Assembly (NCBI GenBank): GCA_029288425.1
Contig: JARIHD010000041.1
Span: 6,535 to 70,534 of the forward strand
Reading direction: 5' to 3'
Length of the DNA: 64,000 nt
From: Candidatus Saccharimonadota bacterium
Lineage (GTDB): Bacteria; Patescibacteriota; Saccharimonadia; Saccharimonadales; UBA4665
Positions 1 through 9,567 of this stretch are shown one piece after another (position 1 is the first letter of the stretch; every line of letters begins with the position of its first letter). A program made the position numbers and the translations under genes. A model generated the notes under the pieces. The model ran no database searches. It was given only the letters and a program-made list of their open reading frames with translations, and was not told the origin of the DNA.

Positions 1-58
1 AAGTTTTGTCTTTTATAAGACCGCGCCACGCTAAATCTTCTGAAAGTGTCATACTCAT
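1..58 (-). CDS. tyrS: tyrosine--tRNA ligase, N-terminal fragment (gene runs off the left edge)
   Basis: Minus-strand translation from ATG at 58 (in-frame ATG also at 52) reads MSMTLSEDLAWRGLIKDKT, resembling the conserved TyrRS N-terminus (L.WRGLI..T). Only about 19 codons are visible. Confidence 0.4.
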   Translation of the reverse strand, partial: MSMTLSEDLAWRGLIKDKT

Positions 59-182
59 AATCCACTCTAGTATACCTCAGACTGGAGAAATGCTGCATAT
101 CTCTTGTTTAATTTGCATGCTATTAGTTGAGGTTTGCTATAATGATGACCAGTAATTATAGCCATATGGAGCAAAACTAAGG

Positions 183-2981
183 ATGTTCGATTCCCAAAAA
201 AGCCCCGGACGACGCCGGCCAAGCAAGAGCGTCTACACGACCAAAAGTGGAAATACCATCAAATTAAATCGCAGCCTCGGTGAACGTGTGCGTGCCAGCC
301 GTGAAGCAAAAGCCCGCAAACGCGCAGCTTACCTGAGCTCTCTGCCAAAGAACCCTTGGAAACGCATGGCTTACCGCCTGCACCCCAAACGCGTCGCCAA
401 ATATTGGTTTAGCCGTGAGGGTGCGATCATGGCGCTCAAAATCATGGGTGTCGGCATAGTTGTCTGCTTCCTATTAATGGTCGGCGTATTCGCTTACTTC
501 CGCAAAGACCTGCCCAACATTAAAGACATCTCCGGCAATGAACTTGGAGGCAGCATTACCTACTACGACCGCACCGGTCAAACCGTTTTATGGCAGGACT
601 ACGACGCCGTCAAACGCGTGCCCGTAACTTCCGAAAATATTTCCAAATACGTCAAACAAGCAACGATCGCTATCGAAGATAAAAACTTCTACAAACATGG
701 CGCGTTCGATGTCACCGGCATTGCCCGAGCCGGTATTAATGACGTATTCAAAAAAGGCGGGGCAAAACAAGGTGGCTCAACCATTACCCAGCAGCTGGTC
801 AAAATTAACATGAACTGGACCCTGGACCGTTCGCTCGGCCGCAAATTTAAAGAGTTAATTCTCGCCGTCGAACTGGAACGCGAGTATTCTAAAGATGATA
901 TCCTGACCGGTTACCTCAATATCGCACCTTATGGCAACGTGCAGTACGGCGTAGAAACGGCATCTCGTGACTACTTTGGCAAGAGCGCCAAAGACCTAAC
1001 CCTGGCCGAATCGGCCATGCTTGCAGCCATTCCGCAGGCACCATCCTATTACTCGCCATACGGCCCCATCTATGAAAAAGAGGCGCTTGTCGGCCGCACA
1101 CACTACATTATCGATCAAATGCTTGACCAAAAGATGATCACCAAAGCCGAAGCAGACGAAGCAAAAGCCGTCGACGTTGCCGGCAACGTCAAAGAAAGTC
1201 TGCCCAAATATGATGGCATTAAAGCACCGTTCTTCGTACTCTCCGCCAAGCAGGAGCTAGAAGAAAAATTTGGCACTAAAACCGTACAACGCGGCGGCTG
1301 GAAAGTCACAACTACTGTAGATCTGAAACTGCAGGATCTTGCCGAAAAACAAGTTACTAAAGGCATGGCCCAGATCAAACGCCAAGGCGGCGACACGGCT
1401 GCATTCGTAGCGGCCGACAACAAGACGGGCCAAGTAGTCGCTCTCGTAGGCGGGCCGAACTTCTTTGATATGAATTCAAGCTTTAGGGAAGTAAATTACG
1501 CCAAAGAATGGCTTCCTCCCGGCTCTACCTTCAAGCCTTACGACTATGCTACGCTCATCAATGAATCCGAAAATGTCGGCGCTGGCTCGGTTATATATGA
1601 CTCTCAGGGCGCCCTGCCCGGTTACCCCTGCACCAACAAAAATCGCCCCAAAGACGGCGGTAATTGTCTTCAGGACTATGATTTCCGCTTCCCAGGTCCA
1701 ATAACAATACGCTACGCGCTGGGCGGCTCGCGAAATGTGCCGGCTGTTAAGGCTATGTTGATGGTTGGCTCCGAAAAGGTTCGCACAACCGCCGAGGCTA
1801 TGGGGCTAAAGAGCGGCTACCGCTGTCCACCAACAGGTGACACCACTTACAGCCGCGGCACATGCTATGGCTCGTCGGCCATCGGTGACGGTGCGTTCTT
1901 GCATCTCGATGAGCATGCGAATGCCCTGGGCACACTTGCGCGTATGGGCGAGGCCCTGCCACAAACGTACTTGCTTAGCATCACTGATTCGCGAGGCAAG
2001 CCCATTGAGCTAGAAAAAGCCAAGCCAAAGCGCGTACTAAAGGCTGACACTGCTTACATCGTTAATGATATGCTGTCCGATCCACAAGCCAGCTACCTGC
2101 CAGCCAGTCGTAAATTCCACCACTACAAAGATTGGCACTTCGCCGTTAAGACCGGTACGACCAATGATGCCAAGGACGGTCTGATGGCCAGTTGGTCGAC
2201 TCAATACACCGCCGTTGTCTGGGTAGGGGAACACCAACGTCAAAAAGAAATGACCGGTGCCATGGAAAACATGACTCAGCCGATCGTCCAAGGATGGATG
2301 CAGGCCGCGCATGCCGACCTCAAAGCCTCTAACTGGGTCGCACCAGCTGGGCTCAAAACATTGCCGGCCTACGTAATCCGCAGCAAAGTTTCTAACCTTG
2401 GCGAAAGTATTCCCAGCCCAAGTAATGACATTTTTCCATCATGGTTCAAGCAAACCACCAAACAAACGGGGGGCTCCCAAACTATCGACAAAGTTTCAGG
2501 CAAAATCGCCACATCGTGTACTCCTGACGCGGCCAAAGAAAACCAGGGCAATGCAAACGATAACGCCTTTTCGGTCGATACCTTCATGAACAAAAAGAGC
2601 ACCACTGGATCATCAACAACCGATCAAGACGATATTCATAAATGCGACGATGTAAAACCGCAAATTACCCTTACAGCTGCCGGCGGCACGAACATTTGTA
2701 ATATTAGTTGTGTCTTTACGGTTACGGTCACACAGGGAACGCACCCGCTCTCCGGCGATAAATTCCCAGGAATCGTAGAGTTGTGGGTCAATGGGCAGCA
2801 GGTTCAGTCGCAACAAGTATCTTCGTCTCCGAGCACCGTACAGTTTACATATCAGCCGACCTCTTCGGGCACTGTTCCCGTAGAAGCGCGCGTAACCGAT
2901 AGTGTCCTATATGGGGGTTCAGACAGCACACCAGCCGTAACCATGACAGGAGGATCAAGCCCGTCGCCGGGCAATCCCTAA
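183..2981 (+). CDS. class A penicillin-binding protein (PBP1A-type glycosyltransferase/transpeptidase)
   Basis: 932-aa ORF. Basic N-terminal tail then a TM helix. GT51 motifs EDKNFYKHGAFD and GGSTITQQL. Transpeptidase SxxK (STFKP) and KTGTT. About 200 extra C-terminal residues look Ig-like. Confidence 0.9.
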   Translation: MFDSQKSPGRRRPSKSVYTTKSGNTIKLNRSLGERVRASREAKARKRAAYLSSLPKNPWKRMAYRLHPKRVAKYWFSREGAIMALKIMGVGIVVCFLLMVGVFAYFRKDLPNIKDISGNELGGSITYYDRTGQTVLWQDYDAVKRVPVTSENISKYVKQATIAIEDKNFYKHGAFDVTGIARAGINDVFKKGGAKQGGSTITQQLVKINMNWTLDRSLGRKFKELILAVELEREYSKDDILTGYLNIAPYGNVQYGVETASRDYFGKSAKDLTLAESAMLAAIPQAPSYYSPYGPIYEKEALVGRTHYIIDQMLDQKMITKAEADEAKAVDVAGNVKESLPKYDGIKAPFFVLSAKQELEEKFGTKTVQRGGWKVTTTVDLKLQDLAEKQVTKGMAQIKRQGGDTAAFVAADNKTGQVVALVGGPNFFDMNSSFREVNYAKEWLPPGSTFKPYDYATLINESENVGAGSVIYDSQGALPGYPCTNKNRPKDGGNCLQDYDFRFPGPITIRYALGGSRNVPAVKAMLMVGSEKVRTTAEAMGLKSGYRCPPTGDTTYSRGTCYGSSAIGDGAFLHLDEHANALGTLARMGEALPQTYLLSITDSRGKPIELEKAKPKRVLKADTAYIVNDMLSDPQASYLPASRKFHHYKDWHFAVKTGTTNDAKDGLMASWSTQYTAVVWVGEHQRQKEMTGAMENMTQPIVQGWMQAAHADLKASNWVAPAGLKTLPAYVIRSKVSNLGESIPSPSNDIFPSWFKQTTKQTGGSQTIDKVSGKIATSCTPDAAKENQGNANDNAFSVDTFMNKKSTTGSSTTDQDDIHKCDDVKPQITLTAAGGTNICNISCVFTVTVTQGTHPLSGDKFPGIVELWVNGQQVQSQQVSSSPSTVQFTYQPTSSGTVPVEARVTDSVLYGGSDSTPAVTMTGGSSPSPGNP

Positions 2982-3030
2982 CAACCCCGATCCGGGGAAC
3001 GGCAGAGGCCGTCGTGGACGAGACTAAAAC

Positions 3031-3058
3031 AAAAACCCGGGATAATTCCCGGGTTTTT
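3031..3058. terminator. bidirectional intrinsic terminator between convergent PBP1A and yacL genes
   Basis: Perfect hairpin AAAAACCCGGG-ATAATT-CCCGGGTTTTT, with A-run and T-run flanks serving both strands. Confidence 0.8.
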
Positions 3059-3078
3059 GCGACCTGTAGAGTGATAGT

Positions 3079-3975
3079 TTAATTTATGACGGCGGGCCTG
3101 CGGCGGAGCTTCTGCAGACGACCATGCAGTTTGTCGCCCGTTCCATGTGCAGCAGCGCCGCTCATCACTGATTTCTTTACGCCAGAAGCCATTTTGGGAA
3201 TAGTCATTACCCGATGCTTGGCCGTAGCGGCACCGGATTGAACTGCAGGTACGGGAGTTTTTGCTGCCTCGGGTTGGCTACGGCGTTCTTCGCGGACTTG
3301 GCCAAATACCATCTTTCCAGCCATTGTCTGATGCATGCGGGTCACCGTGACAGGTACTGATCGTCCGATATGCTTAGCGGCACCGTCGACGACAATCATA
3401 GTTCCATCTTCTAAATAGCCTACACCTTGACCCTGATTGCTGCCTTTTTGGATGATCTTGATAGTCAAAGTCTCACCAGGTAGCGAGATGGGGCGCAGAC
3501 TCTGAACCAGCTCATTGATATTAAGCACCTTTATGCCCTCGACTGCAGCAACTTTGCCCAGATTAAAGTCGGTGGTATATAGTCGGGCGTTGCTCTTTTT
3601 GGCAAGCAGTACAAGCTTGTCATCGATGGCGTTTGCCTCGGGAAAGATGGTGCGGTCAATAGTGACCGTGACCGGTGATGCGTCTTGCAATTGGTGTGCG
3701 ATATCAAGACCAAACCTTGCCCGCTCCCTTTTATGGGCATCGCCACCATCTGCGAGCAGCTGTAGCTCATTCAGTATAAATTGCGGGATAACTAACTCAT
3801 CGGCGATAAAGCCGCTATTAACAATCTCTATAATACGGCCATCGATCAGTGCACAGCTGTCCAAGATTACCTTTCGGCGCTTTGAAAAGAGCTGTGCCAT
3901 ACCTATATTTTTCCGGGCTACAATAAACCATGCCAGAAAGATTAAAAAAATTGTTTGAATAATATCAAGCATCAT
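3079..3975 (-). CDS. yacL: PIN/TRAM domain protein (YacL-like)
   Basis: N-terminal TM. PIN-like VILDSCALIDGRI...TTDFNL. C-terminal TRAM-like GETLTIKIIQKG...VPVTVTRM. Overlaps the radA stop by 11 nt, the position yacL occupies in Firmicutes. Confidence 0.8.
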   Translation of the reverse strand: MMLDIIQTIFLIFLAWFIVARKNIGMAQLFSKRRKVILDSCALIDGRIIEIVNSGFIADELVIPQFILNELQLLADGGDAHKRERARFGLDIAHQLQDASPVTVTIDRTIFPEANAIDDKLVLLAKKSNARLYTTDFNLGKVAAVEGIKVLNINELVQSLRPISLPGETLTIKIIQKGSNQGQGVGYLEDGTMIVVDGAAKHIGRSVPVTVTRMHQTMAGKMVFGQVREERRSQPEAAKTPVPAVQSGAATAKHRVMTIPKMASGVKKSVMSGAAAHGTGDKLHGRLQKLRRRPAVIN

Positions 3976-5329
3976 TGTCCTTTTCTAAAAATTGGTTAAG
4001 ACTGGTGCGCACGTCGCGGACGCCTTCGAGTAGGGGAAGCTTTTTACCCTGCTTCTGCAGCGGGCCAATAGCCGCTTCAAAGCCTAATTTTTTGGCCTCC
4101 GCCAGCCGCTTTTCGATATAGGGCACATGTCGGACTTCGCCGGACAAACCGACTTCGCCAAAAACAACGGCATTTTTATGCAGCTGCAGGCCCTTGGCGG
4201 CCGAACCGATCGCCATACAGACCGCCAGGTCGGCCGCCGGCTCGGTAATGCGCATGCCACCGACAATATTAATATAAATATCCTGGTCTGCCAGTGATAG
4301 TTTCGTACGTCGCTCCAACATTGCTACCAGCAAGTTGACCCGGTTAAGGTCGATGCCACTGGCCGCGCGCTTAGGATACCCGTAGCTGGTCTTATTTACA
4401 AGTGCCTGCACTTCAACAAGTAACGGGCGCGTACCTTCTATTGTGGCGAGTACGATGGAGCCATCACTAATCTGACGCTCCGACAGCAATGCCGCAGAGG
4501 GGTTTTCGACGGCCTTTAAACCCTGTTCATCCATTTCAAAAATGCCCGCTTCACTGGTAGGGCCGAAGCGGTTTTTCGTGGCACGAAGCACCTTAAAACC
4601 TCCGTAACGGTCGCCCTCCAGTTGCAGCACAACATCTACGACATGCTCCAGCACCTTGGGGCCGGCAATAGCGCCCTCTTTAGTCACATGACCAACCAGA
4701 ATAACAGCCGTATTCGCCTGTTTGGCGGTGTTGAGAATGAGCTGTGTACTATTGGTGATCTGCGCAATGCTTCCTGCAGCCGAGCCGATAGCCGCCACCG
4801 AAACCGTCTGAATAGAGTCAACGACCACCAACTCATAGGCTTTGCTTGCAATAGTGGCAGTGATGTCATCGGCGCTTGTACTGGTAGCCAGTTCAAGTTT
4901 TGATGAGGCGGGGATGCCCAGCCGCTCGGCACGGAGTCCTACCTGATGAGCGGATTCTTCGCCGCTGACATATAGTACCTTGTATTTTTTAGCCAAAGCA
5001 CTGGCCAACTGTAATAGCAACGTACTTTTACCAATACCAGGCTGACCGGCGATAAGATTCACACTGCCCACGACCACGCCGCCGCCCAATACCGTATCGA
5101 CATCGGGTATACCGCTGACGAGGCGCCTTTGATCGCGCTGCACCGATGCTCCGACAGAGCTCGGCGTTAACGTGCGGCCACCACTGGCACCACCGGAAGG
5201 GCCACCCATGCTCATAACTAATTCTTCCTGCAGGGTATTCCAGGCATCACAAGAAGGACACTTCCCCGCCCAGCTAGACGTAAAGGCACCACAATTGCTA
5301 CAAACAAATCGAACATTCTTTTTAGCCAT
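3965..5329 (-). CDS. radA: DNA repair protein RadA/Sms
   Basis: N-terminal zinc ribbon CSNCG...CPSC, Walker A GQPGIGKST, RadA-specific KNRFG motif, Lon-like C-terminal domain. Confidence 0.95.
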   Translation of the reverse strand: MAKKNVRFVCSNCGAFTSSWAGKCPSCDAWNTLQEELVMSMGGPSGGASGGRTLTPSSVGASVQRDQRRLVSGIPDVDTVLGGGVVVGSVNLIAGQPGIGKSTLLLQLASALAKKYKVLYVSGEESAHQVGLRAERLGIPASSKLELATSTSADDITATIASKAYELVVVDSIQTVSVAAIGSAAGSIAQITNSTQLILNTAKQANTAVILVGHVTKEGAIAGPKVLEHVVDVVLQLEGDRYGGFKVLRATKNRFGPTSEAGIFEMDEQGLKAVENPSAALLSERQISDGSIVLATIEGTRPLLVEVQALVNKTSYGYPKRAASGIDLNRVNLLVAMLERRTKLSLADQDIYINIVGGMRITEPAADLAVCMAIGSAAKGLQLHKNAVVFGEVGLSGEVRHVPYIEKRLAEAKKLGFEAAIGPLQKQGKKLPLLEGVRDVRTSLNQFLEKDNDA

Positions 5330-5346
5330 ATCGCCTGTCTATTGTA

Positions 5347-6339
5347 TCATTGCTTGGACGGCGGCGAATCCAAGCGGCTATCAAGCGCCTTTTGAAGCTG
5401 CTGTTCTTGTATCGCAATATCGTTGCGCTCACCGACAATCTTATTGTATTCATCAATGAGCTTCCGCGTAGTGGTAAGCAGCGCATTATATGCGTTAACT
5501 GTAGCATTGTATGACCGCACATCAGCCTCATAGGAGGCTTGATCCTGATTGCTAACATCCTGATTAATTTCTTTTTCTTTGGACTTCAGGAAACCGAGGT
5601 CAGCTTCGAGCGTAGCCTTGTTGGCATTAATTTGGGCTTTGAGCGTGTCGAGCTGGGCGTCATATCGCTCCACCAGCTCTTGGCGGTGGGTAAATTCACC
5701 GCGGTATGCCTCGCTCAGGCTTACCACTTTTTGGCGGTCACTGAAATACTTTCTGTAGTATGTCTCAAGTTCCGGGGTCAGATCGCGGACTTCACTGCCA
5801 AAAATCGAGTGCATTTCGTTGTTTAGATCGGCATCTTTGTGATTCCGATAACTATCGACTTTTTTTCGGATGTCATCATTTTTGAGCGAAGTTTCGTAGT
5901 ACTGCTGCAGAAGAATATTTATGTGCGACCGTTCCTCGCTACTCAGCCGATCATAGGCCTGATGGAGCATTTCGTGCGCTGCCGTAACCTGGCGCACGCC
6001 GCGTAAGCGCTCGTCGGTTACAGCATACAGGTAGATGCCTAGGCGATCCCCGCGATAACAACCCAAAACCACCGTTTCTTCGCCTTTATCGGAACAATGC
6101 TGATTGAATGATTCTTTGTCTTCGAGTGAAGGATGATTGATGTAGAACAGCTTTTGGCCATAGGCCGTCATCGAAGCATCATGCACCAGCACGGCAATCT
6201 CGACAGGCGGTTCATAGCCGCGCAGGCGCCACCAATCAGCAATATTCTGACGCTGAGACCATGCAACCACATTGGCGGCGACAAGCAGCACGAGCAGTGC
6301 ATACGGCCATAAGCGGCGGAGGAATTTCATGCTACTCAT
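5347..6339 (-). CDS. membrane-anchored hypothetical protein with HExxH motif and long C-terminal coiled coil
   Basis: 330-aa ORF. N-terminal TM (LWPYALLVLLVAANVVAW), AAHEMLHQA (HExxH), heptad-rich C-terminal third. Confidence 0.7.
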   Translation of the reverse strand: MSSMKFLRRLWPYALLVLLVAANVVAWSQRQNIADWWRLRGYEPPVEIAVLVHDASMTAYGQKLFYINHPSLEDKESFNQHCSDKGEETVVLGCYRGDRLGIYLYAVTDERLRGVRQVTAAHEMLHQAYDRLSSEERSHINILLQQYYETSLKNDDIRKKVDSYRNHKDADLNNEMHSIFGSEVRDLTPELETYYRKYFSDRQKVVSLSEAYRGEFTHRQELVERYDAQLDTLKAQINANKATLEADLGFLKSKEKEINQDVSNQDQASYEADVRSYNATVNAYNALLTTTRKLIDEYNKIVGERNDIAIQEQQLQKALDSRLDSPPSKQ

Positions 6340-6425
6340 TGTACCATTTTAACGGTGGTCCGATATACTTGCCGGCCATGTTTTTGAGGCTTTACCTGCA
6401 ATTCGTTTGGCTTTGAAAGATTTGA

Positions 6426-8912
6426 CTATTCGGCAGTCGTTTGGTATTCGAGCTTGCCATTTTTGGCGCTCACGCGCACAATCTGGCCTTTTTCGTAAGA
6501 ACCGTCCAGTAGTTCGGCGGCAATGTGGTCCTCGATAGTGTCTTGGATCAGCCGGCGCAGCGGGCGAACGCCATTTTTGGCGTCATAACCTTTGTCTAGG
6601 AGGTGCTGTTTGGCAGCGGGTGTTAGCTGTATGCCGAGCCCATGACGCTGCAATCGTGCCCGGAGTTCATTTATCTGCAGGTCGATGATGCGGTGAATGT
6701 CTTTTTTGGTCAGGGCGCGGAACACCAGAGTCTTGTCGATGCGGTTTAGCAGCTCCGGCCGCATAGCCTTCTTCAGATCATCAAGAACCTTGTCCTTATT
6801 GCGTTCGTGCAGACTGTCCAGGTCTTTCATGTCGGTATTATTGGTGGCATGGAATCCGAAATCGGCTTCCTTTTGCAATTTTTCGGCACCTACATTGCTC
6901 GTCATGATGACAATGGTATTGGTGAAGTCGATTTTGCGGCCCTTGGCGTCACTCAGTACACCGTCTTCCAGAATCTGGAGGAGCATATTAAAGGTGTCCG
7001 GGTGTGCTTTCTCGATCTCGTCGAAGAGCACTAAGCTATAGGGCTGGCGGCGGATTTTATCGGTAAGCTGGCCACCCTCATCATAACCTACGTAGCCCGC
7101 AGGCGCACCGACCAGGCGGGCGACATTGTGGTGTTCGCCGAACTCGCTCATGTCAATCTTGATGAGCGCATCGTCGGAGCCAAAGAATTCACGGGCCAAT
7201 ACACGAGCCAATTCGGTCTTACCCACACCTGTGGGTCCCAAGAAAATAAATGAACCGATGGGTCGCTTTTCGCTGCCGATACCAGAACGGTTGCGGCGCA
7301 CTGCACGCGCCACCGCCTCGACAGCTTCATGCTGGCCAATAACGTGCTTACCAAGTGTTTTTTCCAGTCCAAGCAGATATTTTGCCTCGGCCCGGATTAC
7401 TTTTTTGACGGGCACGCCTGTGATGCGCGATACGACTTCGGCCACATCTTCACTGGTAATATCAATCCGCTTTTCGGCCTTGGTGCTCTTTTGGATCTTT
7501 TCGAGTTCTTCATTAATCTGGCTGGCGCGTTGTTTGGCCTTGGCGGCGCGTTCATAGTCTTCGGCGTCAACCGCTTCATCGATACGTACATTGGTTAGTT
7601 TAAGTTCTTTTTGCAGCTGTCGGACTTCAGGGCTGGTTTTACCTTTGTCAACGCGGAGGTGCGCCGCAGTTTCGTCCATTAAGTCAATGGCCTTGTCGGG
7701 CATAAAACGGTCATGGATGTAGCGCTTTGCCAGCCGGGTTATGTCGTCTAGTACTTCGTCGCTGATTTTAACACCATGAAATTCTTCGTAGTGTTTGCGG
7801 AGGCCTTTTAAGATAGCGAGAGTTTCCGGCACGGTCGTTTCGGGCACTTGCACGGGCTGAAAGCGGCGTTCCAAAGCCGCATCTTTTTCTATGTGCTTGG
7901 AATATTCGGCGGTTGTCGTTGCGCCGACTACTTGGATCTTGCCGCGGGCCAAAGCCGGTTTTAAGATGTTCCCCGCATCCATAGCACCTTCCGCGGCGCC
8001 TGCACCAACAATCAAATGCAGCTCATCGATAAAAACAATGGTCTTTTTGTCAGCTTCCAGCTCGGACATCACCTTTTTCAGGCGCTCTTCGAATTCACCG
8101 CGGTACTTGGTGCCGGCCAGCATGCCGGCCAGGTCGAGCATGATAATACGCTTGTCGAGCAGACTATCAGGCACATCTTCGGCAACGATACGCTGTGCCA
8201 AGCCTTCGACGATAGCGGTCTTGCCCACACCCGGCTCACCTATAAGCACAGGATTATTTTTGGTACGGCGGTTCAAAATAGTAACAACACGGCGGATCTG
8301 TGCCTCACGGCCAACGACAGGGTCGAGTTTGCCGCTGCGGGCCTGGGCCGTAATGTCAGTGCCGTAAAAATCAAGGGCAGTTTTGCGGCCCTTGCGGTTA
8401 CCGCGGCGACGCGTATCCGTCGAACTTTGGCCCTCGTCGTCATCGTATTGCTGGCGGCTCATCATTTGTTCCAGGTCATTTACCAGCGCATCGACGTCGA
8501 TCTGCATATCGCGGAGCAATACCGTAGCACGGGCATTTTTTTGCGTCAAAATGCTGAGCAGAATGTGTTCTGTGCCGCAAAATTCCTGACCGTAATCTTG
8601 GGCGCTGTCATAGGCCATCCGCAGTGTTAGCTTGGCCGTTTCACTCAAGCCTTTTGCGCCCGCATTAACGGTGACTGTTTTTGGAGTAAGATTCAGGGCA
8701 ACCCGGGCTCGCTCAAGCGTCACGCCGACGCCCTCCAAAACTTTTGCCCCCATGCTGGTGTCTTGAGCCAGCAGGCCAAGCAGTAAATGCTCCGTACCAA
8801 CGTACGCACTGCCAAAACTGCGCGCAATCGCGTCGGCGTGTTTTAAGCTTTGCAGCGCATTATTGGTCAGATGATTCAAAAAGTCTTGAAAATCTTGTGA
8901 TCCAGGCGTCAT
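6426..8912 (-). CDS. clpC: ATP-dependent Clp protease ATP-binding subunit ClpC
   Basis: Two Clp_N repeats, Walker A GEPGVGKT and [11 protein letters not shown]-like linker. Start placed at ATG 8912, which is preceded by an AAAGGGG SD; the ORF-track start at 8942 is an upstream GTG. Confidence 0.93.
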   Translation of the reverse strand: MTPGSQDFQDFLNHLTNNALQSLKHADAIARSFGSAYVGTEHLLLGLLAQDTSMGAKVLEGVGVTLERARVALNLTPKTVTVNAGAKGLSETAKLTLRMAYDSAQDYGQEFCGTEHILLSILTQKNARATVLLRDMQIDVDALVNDLEQMMSRQQYDDDEGQSSTDTRRRGNRKGRKTALDFYGTDITAQARSGKLDPVVGREAQIRRVVTILNRRTKNNPVLIGEPGVGKTAIVEGLAQRIVAEDVPDSLLDKRIIMLDLAGMLAGTKYRGEFEERLKKVMSELEADKKTIVFIDELHLIVGAGAAEGAMDAGNILKPALARGKIQVVGATTTAEYSKHIEKDAALERRFQPVQVPETTVPETLAILKGLRKHYEEFHGVKISDEVLDDITRLAKRYIHDRFMPDKAIDLMDETAAHLRVDKGKTSPEVRQLQKELKLTNVRIDEAVDAEDYERAAKAKQRASQINEELEKIQKSTKAEKRIDITSEDVAEVVSRITGVPVKKVIRAEAKYLLGLEKTLGKHVIGQHEAVEAVARAVRRNRSGIGSEKRPIGSFIFLGPTGVGKTELARVLAREFFGSDDALIKIDMSEFGEHHNVARLVGAPAGYVGYDEGGQLTDKIRRQPYSLVLFDEIEKAHPDTFNMLLQILEDGVLSDAKGRKIDFTNTIVIMTSNVGAEKLQKEADFGFHATNNTDMKDLDSLHERNKDKVLDDLKKAMRPELLNRIDKTLVFRALTKKDIHRIIDLQINELRARLQRHGLGIQLTPAAKQHLLDKGYDAKNGVRPLRRLIQDTIEDHIAAELLDGSYEKGQIVRVSAKNGKLEYQTTAE

Positions 8913-8954
8913 AGGGTGCCCCTTTCTTACGTGCTCTTGCACCTTTGTGTCTCT

Positions 8955-8984
8955 ATAATAACTAAATTAGCACTCCTGAGTCAA
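8955..8984 (-). promoter_or_regulatory. putative sigma70-type promoter of clpC overlapping CIRCE
   Basis: Minus strand: TTGACT (8984-8979), 18 nt spacer, TATTAT (8960-8955). The -35 lies in the CIRCE spacer. Confidence 0.45.
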
Positions 8985-8993
8985 GAGTGCTAA
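8967..8993. promoter_or_regulatory. CIRCE inverted repeat (HrcA operator)
   Basis: TTAGCACTC-CTGAGTCAA-GAGTGCTAA matches all 18 positions of the consensus TTAGCACTC-N9-GAGTGCTAA. Confidence 0.85.
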
Positions 8994-9010
8994 TTAAGAA
9001 GATATCCTCA

Positions 9011-9556
9011 CTACTCTGGCAGTACAATAGGAGTAAAGTGGTCTACCAACACCAGGCTGCCCAATCGGGACGGCTCGTCGGTCGCCGATACAAAGACATC
9101 TTGCTCCACATCTTCTGTATCTTCGTAGAGCACACCCCGTTTATCGGTGCTTATGACATCGATAGGGTGCACGGACCGCACATGAAGCTGCGCGTCCGGT
9201 GCATTGCCTGTCGTTATACAGACCACGTCTGTTTTGTGCGGGCCGTCATCAGAAAAGTTAATTTCAAGTAGTGCTACAAAGCCGAGTCGTGGACGCCCGT
9301 AGTCGGGACAACCATTTTCCAGGGGCCGGCCAACAGAGCCAAAAAGCAAACTCCTAATGGCACGTGCTTCTTGCAGCGTATGCTTATCCGACCGCTCTGA
9401 CATAGTATATCGGTAGCGTAAACTAAGGCCAGGAAATGGATTAAGCAGTAGATTCCCCATTTCAGCCTTGTCGAATATCGGAATTGGTGCCGGCCGGCCT
9501 AGTGAATGCTCGGCAACGAGTGCATGAACATTTTGCTGAAAGAGTTTCCCGCGCAT
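9011..9556 (-). CDS. hypothetical protein (181 aa) immediately downstream of nusA
   Basis: ORF starts 11 nt after the nusA stop. Composition looks protein-like. No motif recognised and the start is uncertain. Confidence 0.5.
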   Translation of the reverse strand: MRGKLFQQNVHALVAEHSLGRPAPIPIFDKAEMGNLLLNPFPGLSLRYRYTMSERSDKHTLQEARAIRSLLFGSVGRPLENGCPDYGRPRLGFVALLEINFSDDGPHKTDVVCITTGNAPDAQLHVRSVHPIDVISTDKRGVLYEDTEDVEQDVFVSATDEPSRLGSLVLVDHFTPIVLPE

Positions 9557-9567
9557 GCAAACCCAGG

